Origin: Mnemiopsis leidyi
Taxonomy: Eukaryota
Direction: 5' to 3'
Length of the DNA: 64,000 bases
Assembly: GCA_048537945.1 (NCBI GenBank)
Contig: CM108484.1
Span: 19,009,034-19,073,033 of the forward strand
In this document: positions 1 through 11,135 of the stretch, piece by piece
Position numbering within the stretch: position 1 is the stretch's first letter
Layout: each line of letters begins with the position of its first letter
Notes under the pieces: model-generated
Database searches by the model: none
What the model saw: only the letters and a program-made list of their open reading frames with translations
What the model was told of the DNA's origin: nothing
Translations under genes and position numbers: made by a program

Positions 1-1510
1 CCATGGTTAGTGTACCTATTTCGAGACATTTTCTTGTGTTTGAAGTTGCATCTCGAAAACTAACTCATAGGCCCCTACTTTTTTCGGAGTTATGATTGCA
101 ATTGTTATAGAATATAAATTGGTTCGACAAGCAAAAATAATCGACGGCGTATGTATGACATTTAGAGTGTAAAACGTTTGATATGTTCAATGCGCGGCGC
201 ATATTAGAATGTTAACAATATTTGACTAGTATTTGGCCGCACAGGTGAAAACGCGAGTATTATCCGCAGACCGAGGATATCGACTAGTAGTCAAAAAGCG
301 CGCAAAAAATATCCGCGGACTAAGGATAATGGCAATTCGGTGCAGAAAAACTATTTCAAATGTAACGCGCGTTAAACAATATGACTAAATATAAGCACTC
401 AGTAAAATGCGCGTCACGCGCGCGGCTTTAGGAACGCGCGCGCGAGAAAGGATCAGGATTTTATTTAACAGAAACAGCGTTAGACATTATTTAGTCGTCA
501 AAAACCAATTTTTGAACAAATTTCCGTAGTATTTTTGCGGACTCAAAAGTTGACTAAGGATAATATCCTCAAATCCTCGGAGTTCTGGATCAGGGTCATC
601 CTGTCTCCCCTGAGCCCAGATGTCCCACCTCTGCCAGAAAGCCAAGTATTTGTGTATGAAGTTTGTGTAGCAAAGAATTTTAGGTGAAAGGGGAGCTTAC
701 CTGTTGCACCTGATCCACTGCATTGGAGACAACCCTCACTACTTTACATGGTCTTAGGACTGTCAACATGTCTAGAACAAAAGTTAGAGGCATGCAGGCA
801 AGTTTACACATGCACAATGAAATTATAATAAATAGATATATGACAAAGCATCATCAGGACTAATCTTCCAAAGTATCTAAAAAAGTTAATTGTTCAATCA
901 TCAAAAAATACTAGGTCTGCCTAAACTTAAGTTACCTTAGGCTTAATTTTCTGGGCCTGTTCAGGTCCAATCATCCTGTTATGGAAAAATTCGGGAATAA
1001 TTTTTAAATTTCGCAAATTCAGATTGCTTAAAAGCAATTTTGTAATAGAAGTTATTGAAATTATGGAGCGAGGAGCAAATGATACCTTGGCCCTCATCCA
1101 ATTTCCGGGAGAGCTTTGCCCCCTGTCTTTCTTTTCAAATCATAATTTCAACGAAATTTGAAAGCTTCTCTACTTTATTAGAACAAAAAGCCATCTGGAA
1201 GCAGCTATAAATCTTAAGACCAGTTCAAAATAGCAAGTTACTTGATTCATCGAGAAGGTTTATAAATCCATGTTAAGGCATTCAAAGTCCTACTGTATTT
1301 TAAAAGTGTCAGTCTATTGTATGGCTCACGCTGTCCAACAAATTTACTCAAACTAATGTGAGGACATTACCGTCTATGTACTTTTATAGTTGTTAAATAA
1401 ACTGCTGGTCATAAAGTCAAGTTGTGTGGATACCTTATGTTTACCAGCCAATATAACTTTCTATATCAGTTCTTTTTATTCAGGATGTTGAGTTGTGTAA
1501 AGTGAGGAGA

Positions 1511-1562
1511 ATGTTGACTCTATTCGTCCTGTACATTTTGTGGATTTCTGCCCTCAGTCAAG
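1511..1562 (+). CDS. TGF-beta/activin type I receptor (ALK4/5/7-like), coding exon 1 (signal peptide MLTLFVLYILWISALSQ)
   Basis: ATG at 1511 followed by a hydrophobic signal peptide. Donor CAAG|GTGAGT at 1562/1563 (phase 1). An acceptor-like ttttattcag at 1474-1483 suggests the exon begins at 1484 with an upstream 5'UTR exon. The track's start at 1493 uses TTG; I prefer the ATG. Confidence 0.75.
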
Positions 1563-1827
1563 GTGAGTCTATTTATTTTGGTTCATGGATGTACCATGGA
1601 TTTGTAAAAATTGATCATTTGAATCATATTGCGAAAGTGTTAAAACAAAACTACTTCATTTTATTGCTTATGATAATGAAAAAGCAGTGCACAATATTGC
1701 CAATTATGTGTGCATTTAAACTTTATCGACGCCTCTCTTCTTTTTCCCCTCAAATTCAACCCTGCCAGTAAAATATGGTAAATAAATCTAGATTTCGAAT
1801 TGATTGTCGATCTTCCAATAACTGCAG

Positions 1828-2023
1828 TTACCACACACTCAGAGGACAACACGAGAAAGGATTCTATGAGGATATGTCAGTGCGATACTTGCCAAACCGG
1901 GACTTGTATGATCGACATCTTGAACAACAACACCCGGTGTTTCGTCAAGTTCAGTCTGGATGACGACAACAAGCAGTACACTTACAGGAGCTGCACTAAC
2001 CAAGCCATCCTGGCGTGTAACTC
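1828..2023 (+). CDS. type I receptor exon 2 (ectodomain, Cys-rich three-finger fold)
   Basis: Acceptor ctgcag| at 1826-1827. Translates VTTHSEDNTRKDSMRICQCDTCQTGTCMIDILNNNTRCFVKFSLDDDNKQYTYRSCTNQAILACNS. Donor AACTC|GTGAGTA at 2024 (phase 2). The Cys spacing is typical of the TGF-beta type I receptor ectodomain. Confidence 0.85.
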
Positions 2024-2192
2024 GTGAGTATTTACTTTGCATAAACTGTCATACACATGTTTTCTTACCAAACTTGTACTTAAATATTACTGAAACTTCA
2101 TACTTACTAATACTCTTAGATATGATACACTGCTGGTTAGGTCACGTTAATTTGGAGTAAAGATACCTGAGGCTTAAACTTTTCTCTTTCAG

Positions 2193-2338
2193 GCAAATGA
2201 CGGACCGACCATTCAAAGTGCAATGCTGCAGTGAGAATTACTGTAACAGTGACGACAAGATACCTGACGACCACGTTATATTGTCGGAAATGCAAAGCAA
2301 GTCCATCGACGACAAAATCACCTTCGAAACTGCCGACG
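2193..2338 (+). CDS. type I receptor exon 3 (ectodomain, CCxxxxCN box)
   Basis: Acceptor tttctctttcag| at 2191-2192. Translates SQMTDRPFKVQCCSENYCNSDDKIPDDHVILSEMQSKSIDDKITFETAD. KVQCCSENYCN is the canonical receptor serine/threonine-kinase ectodomain box. The donor is ambiguous: GACG|GTTCGT at 2339 is used here, and an alternative TTAA|GTACGA at 2348 has the same phase and would add GSLN. Confidence 0.7.
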
Positions 2339-3129
2339 GTTCGTTAAGTACGATTTCGAGGTGCACTGCACCGTCTGTAATTCTGATTTTGGTAAAGTAT
2401 TTTCAGAATTGGCAGACAATATTTTTTCGATTTTCTCTCCCTCCCATTCCGCGTCCCTTTAAGAATCTCTATATTCAAGTAGTCTGGATCTAACATCGTT
2501 ATTTAACCTGATTACACTGGCCGCGACCAATATGTATGAGACAATGAAGCTGTAGAAAGAGGATTTTTCTATCAGTAGTAAGGCTGAGAGCTGTCAGTTT
2601 CGTCTCCCTGTCCAAATATGGAATAATCGAGGTGTCTGGTTTTGAAAGTACGCAAGGAAGCCGGCTTTGCTCGTGTAGCAACGTGTAGTCCTCGTGTAAA
2701 TACCTCCCTGTACATCTGTACACACGTGTGTACGTGGGGTGCCTGTGTGTTTGTGTCTCAGGAAGTGTGTGTAAAGTGGGGTAGAAGAGTCGCACAATCA
2801 AATTGTTGTAGAATTAGAGGAGCTGTCACTGGGAGTTAAAAGTGAGGAAGTGACTGGAGATGACTGGTGTGATCCTATCTCGTGACTGGGGATGACTGGA
2901 TCTTAAGATGTGGGAATAAGGTTGTACGGCTTGACGTTCTGGTGTGCGATATGTTCCTCGTAACGCCTGACTGCCGAATTTATCACATATTCTTAAATTT
3001 AATTACAGCTTAAATTGCACTGAATCTTCTTGGCATTCCGGTTTTCATGAAAGTTTTGAAACAGAAACCTATAAACGTAAAATACGCCCTTCCCGAATAA
3101 CAAAATGAAAGCAGTTCTATTTCTTACAG

Positions 3130-3249
3130 ATTTTGACAATAAAGGAACATATTTGGACAACAACAGTTCAACGACTGAAGATGAGCTCGGTCTTATATAC
3201 ATCCTTGTGGGATCTGTAACAGTTCTCTTTGCAATATCTCTATTGCTGG
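3130..3249 (+). CDS. type I receptor exon 4 (juxtamembrane and transmembrane helix)
   Basis: Acceptor ttcttacag| at 3128-3129. Translates (D)FDNKGTYLDNNSSTTEDELGLIYILVGSVTVLFAISLLL. There are N-glycosylation sites and then a roughly 20-residue hydrophobic TM segment. Donor CTGG|GTGAGT at 3250 (phase 1). Confidence 0.85.
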
Positions 3250-3414
3250 GTGAGTTTTCTTTTTGTGTACCTCTATTATCACTGCTATATGTAAGTCGAC
3301 ACAACTTTTCTGCCCAGTAATAAGTACTAAGTGTGAAAGTAGAAAGTATAAGCACTTATATAAAAGTGCTTTACTTACCCTTAATAAAAGTAAAATTGTA
3401 ACACTCCCCCTCAG

Positions 3415-3555
3415 TGTTAGTCTACAAGAGATGTAACTACCCGCAACCCCACAAGGACTACACGCTAACCCCCCACACTGACTACCCCTTTACGGGGGTC
3501 AAGGGTGCTCCCTTCCCTCCTCAGCAACCTGATCTTTCCAGCAGTTTCGGCAGTG
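3415..3555 (+). CDS. type I receptor exon 5 (cytoplasmic juxtamembrane, start of GS box)
   Basis: Acceptor ccccctcag| at 3413-3414. Translates VLVYKRCNYPQPHKDYTLTPHTDYPFTGVKGAPFPPQQPDLSSSFGS, with the KRC stop-transfer directly after the TM helix. Donor AGTG|GTTCGT at 3556 (phase 1). The heptamer GGTTCGT is identical to the candidate exon 3 donor. Confidence 0.7.
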
Positions 3556-3717
3556 GTTCGTACTTTCTCTTTCAGTTTCTACTCCTACTTTATCTTTTAC
3601 TACACATTTTACCTACTTTCCGTTAAGGCGGAAGCACTATGCAACTTTACTTAGGACAGCACTGTGCATCTTATAGAAAGATCTAGAAGATTGAATGTTA
3701 CCATACATGACCGTCAG

Positions 3718-3812
3718 GTTCAGGATACAATAGCGAGAGGAGAATGAACCAGAGAACTATAGCTAGACAGATAACTCTCATTGAGACCATTGGGAAAGGA
3801 AGATTTGGAGAG
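3718..3812 (+). CDS. type I receptor exon 6 (GS box, L-P-like segment, kinase glycine loop)
   Basis: Acceptor ccgtcag| at 3716-3717. Joined to exon 5 it gives SSFGSGSGYNSERRMNQRTIARQITLIETIGKGRFGE. SGSGSG is the GS box, TIARQI matches the ALK5 TIARTI, and GKGRFGEV is the kinase glycine loop. Donor GAG|GTATGT at 3813 (phase 0). A second in-phase AG sits 6 nt downstream at 3722-3723. Confidence 0.8.
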
Positions 3813-4524
3813 GTATGTGATTTGTTGTTTTATCTTTGATCTACTGTTCAGGGGAAAGGTAAGGCTCTGGCCATGACCCTCTGATAACATGTTTAATTTT
3901 CATGCTTCAGTAATTTCTTTACCAGCTGTTGGTGAAAATGTCATGGTGGTTGGTCCCTGTTTGAGACTGATGACATTCCGACTAAATTTAAACTCAATAT
4001 TTGACGTTTCTGGTGGATTTCCCCGTTATAACCTGATAAGAAACCGGATTGTTGTCTGATTTTAAAACTGATGTGGTGTTTCTATAAATAGAACTAGACG
4101 TTTATTGTTGCATAACTTACTTTTAAACATGAGACCTCAATCTAGCTCGATTTTAAAGAGCAGTTGCATTCATATAAAATAACTTTAAGTTTATCTACAA
4201 ATGTGGTCAAATTCTACCCGTATGCCTACTTGCCATTCCATTTAATATTTGCGTCACTCGTCAGGTCCGACCTCTGCTGAATCAAAGATTTCTTAAATGC
4301 CACTTTGTACTTGCCTTTCTAACCTAAAAAACTGCGGCTTTAAACGAAAATTTAGTTCGTCATATGCTCACGACACTGTTTTAGTTAACAGTAAACAGTT
4401 AGCATATCACTGTTAACAGTGCATAGATAACAGTTAACATTTAACAGCGAAGATATTTGTAAATAGTCAACAGTATATAGTTTAAATGTAACAGTTTACA
4501 GTTAACAGTCGATCCCTCACGCAG

Positions 4525-4681
4525 GTACACAGAGGTAGCTTCAGAGGGGACAACGTGGCTGTGAAGATATTCGCGTCACATGACGAGAAGAGCTGGTCAC
4601 GTGAGATGGACATCTACAGGACTGCTCTCATGAGAAACGAGAATATCCTCGGTTTTATCGCTGCCGACAACAAGGACAGAG
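4525..4681 (+). CDS. type I receptor exon 7 (kinase N-lobe)
   Basis: Acceptor cacgcag| at 4523-4524. Translates [52 protein letters not shown], matching the vertebrate [50 protein letters not shown]. Donor AGAG|GTAATG at 4682 (phase 1). Confidence 0.9.
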
Positions 4682-4682
4682 G

Positions 4683-4752
4683 TAATGTTTATAGTACTTT
4701 TATAGTACTTTTATAGTATTTTTGTAGTACTTTTGTAGTACTTTTATTATTT
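4683..4752 (+). repeat. 11-13-bp unit x5 (GTACTTTTATA) starting at the GT of the receptor exon 7 donor
   Basis: G|GTAATGTTTATA GTACTTTTATA GTACTTTTATA GTATTTTTGTA GTACTTTTGTA GTACTTTTATTA. Every unit begins with a donor-like GTA. Confidence 0.8.
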
Positions 4753-5682
4753 TAGTTATCTTTTGCTTTATTGAAAGAAAACACTTTACGCTAATCGCCA
4801 TATCAAAGTGGGCGCGTCTTACCCAAATCAGGCAGCATGCTATCTTTCTTGGTGTATTCGAATTACATTTCACTGTCATTATATGTGTACCAAATGTATG
4901 CTGCCTAAGGTTGACTGACAAAAGTTGACTATGTTTATATGTTATGCTGTATCAATTTGCTAGACCTGTAAACTGTACCAGAAATTGTAATATGATATTC
5001 CCTAACAAAAATGACCCTTGAATAAGTAATATGATAATATGGGTACATACAACTACTCAATGCTCAGTTCCATATTTGTTAGTAACAAAATTCGTGTAGT
5101 ATTTTACTCAGTACACACGTGGCAAGTATTATTGTTTACTATTGAGGACGTTGTAAGAACTCCTTTACTGAGCCGCATGACGTCTTGTTAGTGATCTCGA
5201 TATATTTTGTTTTATTCAGGAAATACCATAGAGTCTGAGTCCATGAATTCCATTTGTCAAATATTAGACAAATAACTGACTGTATTGCGAACAAAATTCA
5301 GTAACCCCTCAAAATACATTGAACGAGATTTGGTTGAATGCGGTGTTGTGATTGGCTGCCAACAAATCACGTGCTATCATAACGTGTTCACACAGTCACG
5401 TGTTCTTATGGGAACCGGGTAAACTCGAGTTCAGTTCGTGTCTGATGTATTGAATGGCTATTGTTTGAAAATAGAGTTAGTTTTCAGTAATGACATTAGT
5501 AATGCTACGGCACGAGAATTAGAGTCAAGTCAGAGAAGTTCTCACACTACCCTGAATTAGGACGTTCTGATGAAACTACACAGGCTGACACCTTTAAACT
5601 ACACCTTACACCTTTAACCACTCAACGTGTATAAGTTTATACTCTTCAGATATAGCCAACCTAGGAGTATATTTCCACTCTT

Positions 5683-6003
5683 AACAGGTAAAGTGTCTAA
5701 ACCCAGATAATCCCAGGTAAAGTGTCTAAACCTAGATAATCCCAGAAAAGTGTCTAAACCCAGATAATCCCAGGTAAAGTATCTAAACCCCGCTATTCTC
5801 AGCTAAAGTATCTAAACCCAGATAATCCCAGGTAAAGTATCTAAACCCCGCTGTCCCAGGTAAAGTGTCTAAACCCCGCTATCCCCAGGTAAAGTATCTA
5901 AACGCAGATAATCCCAGGTAAATTGTCTAAACCCAGATAATCCCAGCTAAAGTATCTACACCCCGATATCCCCAGGTAAAGTATCTAAACCCCGCTATCC
6001 CAG
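5683..6003 (+). repeat. 30-bp tandem array, about 10 units (CCCAGATAATCCCAGGTAAAGTGTCTAAAC), ending exactly at the receptor exon 8 acceptor
   Basis: Each unit contains TCCCAG|GTAAAGT. The last unit, ...CGCTATCCCAG|GTAACTGGACCGAAC, is the real acceptor plus the exon start at 6003/6004. Confidence 0.9.
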
Positions 6004-6207
6004 GTAACTGGACCGAACTCTGGCTGATAACGGAGTACCACGAGCTCGGCTCTCTCTACGACTTTCTCTCTCAAAACACGCTAAACAACTACGACATGTT
6101 GATATTCGCGCTGTCCATCGCTAACGGTCTGACATTCCTGCACAGCGAGATCAGGGGAACAAGCGGAACTTTGAACGCTAACGGAAACAACTACCACTGT
6201 ACTTCAG
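6004..6207 (+). CDS. type I receptor exon 8 (L45 loop and kinase hinge, with an unusual C-terminal extension)
   Basis: Acceptor ctatcccag| at 6002-6003. Translates GNWTELWLITEYHELGSLYDFLSQNTLNNYDMLIFALSIANGLTFLHSEIRGTSGTLNANGNNYHCTS. The L45 loop [14 protein letters not shown] matches the ALK4/5/7 (Smad2/3-type) ADNKDNGTWTQLWL. Donor TTCAG|GTGTGTG at 6208 (phase 1) is the only GT giving an open join to exon 9. This implies a 14-aa insertion (TLNANGNNYHCTSG) relative to the vertebrate [12 protein letters not shown]. Confidence 0.7.
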
Positions 6208-8051
6208 GTGTGTGTGTTTACTTTCTAGATAACACAGGATTAGGTGTAAAGTGTCAACATGTGTATTTGAAGAGAAAAGTTGAAGAGAAAATTTGGATTT
6301 GTGATGGGAAATTTCCGCGAGTTCCTGATTATTGCTACACAAGTTTGTCGTGTTGTGGCTTTACAATTTAAAATTTTTAGCTCAGCCCTCAAAAATGACC
6401 TACCTTATCCAAGTTACTTGTTATTTCTCAATATAAACTAATTTATATAATTGTAACATACCCGTACAAAGTTGTAAAAGAGTAACAAGTTCAGTTTCAC
6501 ATGTGCGCATTCTTCGTGTACATTGAACATTGCTACAAGTTACAATTCAGTAAATTGTACACCATAATATACTATCTAGCTACCTACAAGTTACAATCCA
6601 GTAAATTGTACACCATATTATCTAGCTACCTACCCAAGACACAAACACTCCTACCGCCTCTCTGAATATATCAATTTAAATGTGTATTTGTCTGTTAGGA
6701 TCGCTTTGTAGTACCGCATTGCACTTGCTTCGCTCGATAGATACGGAGTCAGTATGGGAACTCTTCCAGAGTATTCTTTTATTAATTGGATAATTGGTCC
6801 AGGGATCGTACCGGTATTCCATGGATTTACAATGCACCGCACCATACCACTTTACTATTCCTCTAAACGTGTAAACGTCAGGTTTATCATCAAGATTGGA
6901 GATATATATAGTGAATACATGTTTAGCGCTTACTAGAGGAAAGATGTCGTATATTTGTTAAGGCCGTGTGATAGCTATCTACTATTGTGAATAATAAGAC
7001 AAACAATTTCCATAGCTAGGGCCTGGGATACACGAATACGTGTCTAAGTTACGTTACACATTACTGAGAATCTCAAATTTTATTGTGACCAAATATACGG
7101 ATCTAACGTCACATTTCAGTGATTTAAGTTAACCTGACTTCATGAACTCTAATCACATGATATTGATAAACCCAATTATCCGGTATCCCATAACTTTAAC
7201 GTATCTCCGTTGACAGGATTGACGCTAGTTTGTGGGGCCAAAATTCTCTTTTTCTCTTTTTCTCTACGTACCCCATAACACACTACGGATCTACCCCCAG
7301 TCACTGACTCTCGTGCCCAATTAAACAGTAAAAGTATTATGTTGATATTGAATTTAGTTTGCAGGTTGAAGATAATATCTAGTTCTCCTATAACCGCCTA
7401 CAGTTGATATTGAATGGGATCCTCCTAACTCCTCTCTAATCCGCGTCGCTACAATTAATTCCCAAACAGTATTGTCCCGTCTCACAGCTCAATGAGTCTG
7501 ACGCTCCTGCCCCATCTTTATAACTTCCATGTGATTAGTGACACAGTCAATGTCTCAAAGTAACGATGCGGGACAAGGACAATGCTGCGTTTAGCCGTCA
7601 GTTTGTGTTCGGGACGTGTCTAATTGTGGGGCTCACTGTTACAAGTTTCTAATTAGTGAGAGTTTGTGTCACGGTTATTAGTGGTGGTTAGCAACTGTAG
7701 ATGTTTCCATTGTGAAGGGGAGAGCAACATTGAGATTTGGGAGGAGAGCGACAGTGTCGAGATAGTCAGAACTGTACTGTAGCTGCTATTCATCTAAAGG
7801 ACTGAGTCATGTGTAGACATGTTATTGGTAGAGGAATGGTGGTTGAATTGTCGATATACAGACTTGTCAGATGCCATCCTGGCTAGAATTACACATCTGC
7901 CACTCTAACTCGACTATATCGGCCGGATCCGGCCGTAATTCTCTCTCAAATTTATAATACTCAGTCCTCCCCGCTTGTAATGATCTCTACTTAGTCCGGC
8001 CTACCCCGATTAGCCCAGTAATCAGTCCCGCCAATGCCCGGTCACCCTCTA

Positions 8052-8135
8052 GTCACGTGCATTCAGCTGACCAATCAGCGCTGCTCGAGTTGTGTCACGT
8101 GCTCTTTGATAGCCAATCAGTGCTCGTCACGCCAG
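8052..8135. promoter_or_regulatory. promoter-like composite module: 2 E-boxes (CACGTG) plus 2 CCAAT boxes (GACCAATCAG, AGCCAATCAG)
   Basis: GTCACGTGCATTCAGCTGACCAATCAGCGCTGCTCGAGTTGTGTCACGTGCTCTTTGATAGCCAATCAGTGCTCGTCACGCC lies in receptor intron 8, about 120 bp downstream of the perfect 16-bp palindrome CGGCCGGATCCGGCCG at 7920-7935. Similar E-box plus CCAATCA modules occur at 5348-5405, 15724-15790 and 15901-15940. Confidence 0.3.
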
Positions 8136-9045
8136 GTCACGCCATCATTACTGACCTATTAGATTATTGCTTTTAATTCATGAGGCTTTCAAAGCATTTT
8201 CTCTAGCCTAATTAGTCTGGAAATCTGTAGTCTGTACAAAGGGATGTGCTGGCATTTCGGTCTGGGATCCCTGTATGGGGGAAGATGTGAAGGAGGAGAA
8301 GGGGAAGAAGAAGAAGAAGAAAGGAAAGGGGAGCAGATCAAATAGCAGATGAAGAGTGGTTAGGGGAAGGGAGAAGTAGAAGGAAGGGGTGAAGGTTGTA
8401 TGTTTACAGCCTAGTTTCTATGGAGAACACAGCTACAGGGTGCGGGTTGGTCAGCAGGAGCGATAGCAGACTAGCTGAGTAGTACACTAGTGATCCTAGC
8501 TTGTTAGAACTCATAGCTTCAGACAGTTAGAGAAGTTTATATTCGCTTTGTCATTCGACCATTCAGAATAAGTATATGCATTCTGAAGCATGCATTATAT
8601 TAACTTCTTAGAGTGCACATTCTTAAAATGCCAACATTTCAAGACTCGAGATTCTATAAATTCTAAAATTTTTATCTCGAAACCTATCATGCGAGAGTGG
8701 CTTGGTTTTAACGTTACTCTGGAAGAGTTAATCCTGCTGGGTGAAGTAGCCAATGATCATGTGGGGAGACACTGAACAGTACTTAATTTCAAGGCAGGTG
8801 TGGTGTCAGACAGTTAACGTCCAGATTATTAACATAAACAGTACTTAATTAACATAATTCTGTCCACCCAGCTCCATCTTACTATGGGTTATTGTTATCG
8901 GTAATTCCGCTATCGGAATATTGGCTAGACCGCCAACTCCGGCACACCTGGACATATTATAGTCTACAGTTCCATAGTACTAGTACTATAATATTTATAG
9001 TAGTCTAACCGTACCAGTCTACGCCTAGAAGTCAGATAAAGTAAA

Positions 9046-9932
9046 GAACATGTTACAGAGACCATGTTACAGGGACCAAGTTACAGAGACCACGTTACAG
9101 AGACCATGTTACAGAGACCATGTTACAGAGAACATGTTACTGATACCATGTTACATAGACCATGTTGTAGAGACCATGTTACAGAGACCATGTTACAGAG
9201 AACATGTTACAGAGACCATGTTACAGAGACCATGTTACAGAGACCATGTTACAGAGACTAGTTACAGAGGCCATGTTACAGAGACCATGTTACAGAGACC
9301 ATGTTACAGAGACCACGTTACAGAGACCATGCTACAGGGACCATGTTACAGAGACCATGTTACAGGGACCATGTTACAGAGACCATGTTACAGAGACCAT
9401 GTTACAGAGACCATGTGTTACAGAGACCATGTTACAGAGACCATGTTACAGAGACCATGTTACAGAGACCATGTTACAGAGACCATGTTGTAGAGACCAT
9501 GTTGTAGAGACCATGTTACAGAGACCATGTTACAGAGACCATGTTACAGAGACCATGTTACTGAGACCATGTTACAGAGACCACGTTACAGAGACCATGT
9601 TACAGAGACCATGTTACAGAGACCAAGTTACAGAGACCATGTTACAGAGACCATGTTACAGAGACCATGTTACAGAGACCATGTTACAGAGACCATGTTA
9701 CAGAGACCATGTTACAGAGACCATGTTACAGAGACCATGTTACAGAAACCATGTTACGGAGACCATGTTACAGAGACCATGTTACAGAGACCATGTTACA
9801 GAGACCATGTTACAGAGATCATGTTACAGAGACCATGTTACAGGGACCATGTTGTAGAGACCATGTTAAAGAGACCATGTTACAGAGACCATGTTACAGA
9901 GATCAAGTTACAGAGACCATGTTACAGGGACC
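9046..9932. repeat. 14-bp minisatellite (GACCATGTTACAGA), about 63 units, in receptor intron 8
   Basis: Direct periodicity. Every unit carries an acceptor-like TGTTACAG motif. The ORFs listed here by the track are repeat artefacts. Confidence 0.95.
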
Positions 9933-10975
9933 AATAGACTACATTTTATTGCATTTCTAATCGTCACGTGTTTTGCATCATGAATATTGAATATGTACAG
10001 CTTGTTGTTACAAACTGTTTAGCGTGTCCTTGTTTAAAGTGTAAAGTACAATGCCATGTGGATGTATAATGTATAATGTACTGTAACTTATATAAAGTCA
10101 TTACACTACACGCCCCCTCCTTGTGTTACAGTAGATCTAGCTCAACATTAGGCCCCCAATGACTAGGGAGCTAAAAGAGCTTAAAGAGCCTAAGTAGACA
10201 TGAAGAATGGGGAAATGTGGCTCGCTAGACTGTAGTTTTGTAATTATCTAGAAGAAACTTTTGCGGCGTCGTAACATGGGTTTCTTGGTGGTGCAGAAAA
10301 AAGTAACTCAAGAGACATTAGTATCAGTCGTAGTATTGGTTACTTTGCAGTTAAGAGTTTGCATTGATATTGATTTACAGGATAATTTAAGACAAAGTAG
10401 TGGAAGCATTGAATTAAAAGAACCATGGTTACCATGGTAACTATGGTAGCGATAGTTACCATTCCAGCTTACAATAAGTAACTAAGCGAGACTTGTTCTG
10501 GCTGAAGAACTGTTACAACTTACAGTCTAATACAGTCTAATTAGGATTTCGCGAACGTTTGTCATAAGTAACACTATCTCTCGTAGTTTCGAAGTTACTA
10601 ACGACAAAATACTGTCTAAAGCAACCGTGACGACTATTGAGTTTCAGATTATTCAACATTAGCTTCCCTCATTATCAACTTACAGGGCTACCCGCTCTTT
10701 CTCAGATGCTTTATTTACATGAGGGTTGTAAATTAACCGCTGTATGCCTATCCGATTTGAATGAAAGAATATTGACCAAGGAAATTTTGACAATAGATAT
10801 TATTGTGGCAGTGTGCTTTAATATGTTACGTATTTAATGCGCTATACGTTCAATTTGGTTATTGTGTACATTGGTCACAGCAGCTAAACCTTTATTCTTT
10901 GTAAGCACACATCCCAATGAAAACTAATCACTTATTTCCTTTATATCAGTTCCCTTTCTAACACATCTCTTGCAG

Positions 10976-11135
10976 GATACAAACCAGCGATAGCGCACCG
11001 GGACGTGAAGAGTAAGAACATTCTAGTGAAGAGTAACATGGAGTGTTGTATCAACGACCTGGGTCTGGCAGTCCGACACGACAGTAAAAACGACGAGGTG
11101 GAGCGACCCCCGGACCACAGAGTCGGCACCAAGAG
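10976..11135 (+). CDS. type I receptor exon 9 (catalytic loop and activation segment)
   Basis: Acceptor tctcttgcag| at 10974-10975. Translates (G)[52 protein letters not shown](R). HRDxKSKN and DLGLAVRH are diagnostic of TGF-beta-family receptor kinases. Donor AAGAG|GTGGGG at 11136 (phase 2). Confidence 0.9.

Noticed and set aside
9050-9960. Five overlapping + ORFs (65-217 aa) with MLQRPCYRDHVTET periodicity
   Set aside because: They are translations of the 14-bp minisatellite (3 units = 14 codons). No start context and no splice sites are present, and they lie inside receptor intron 8.
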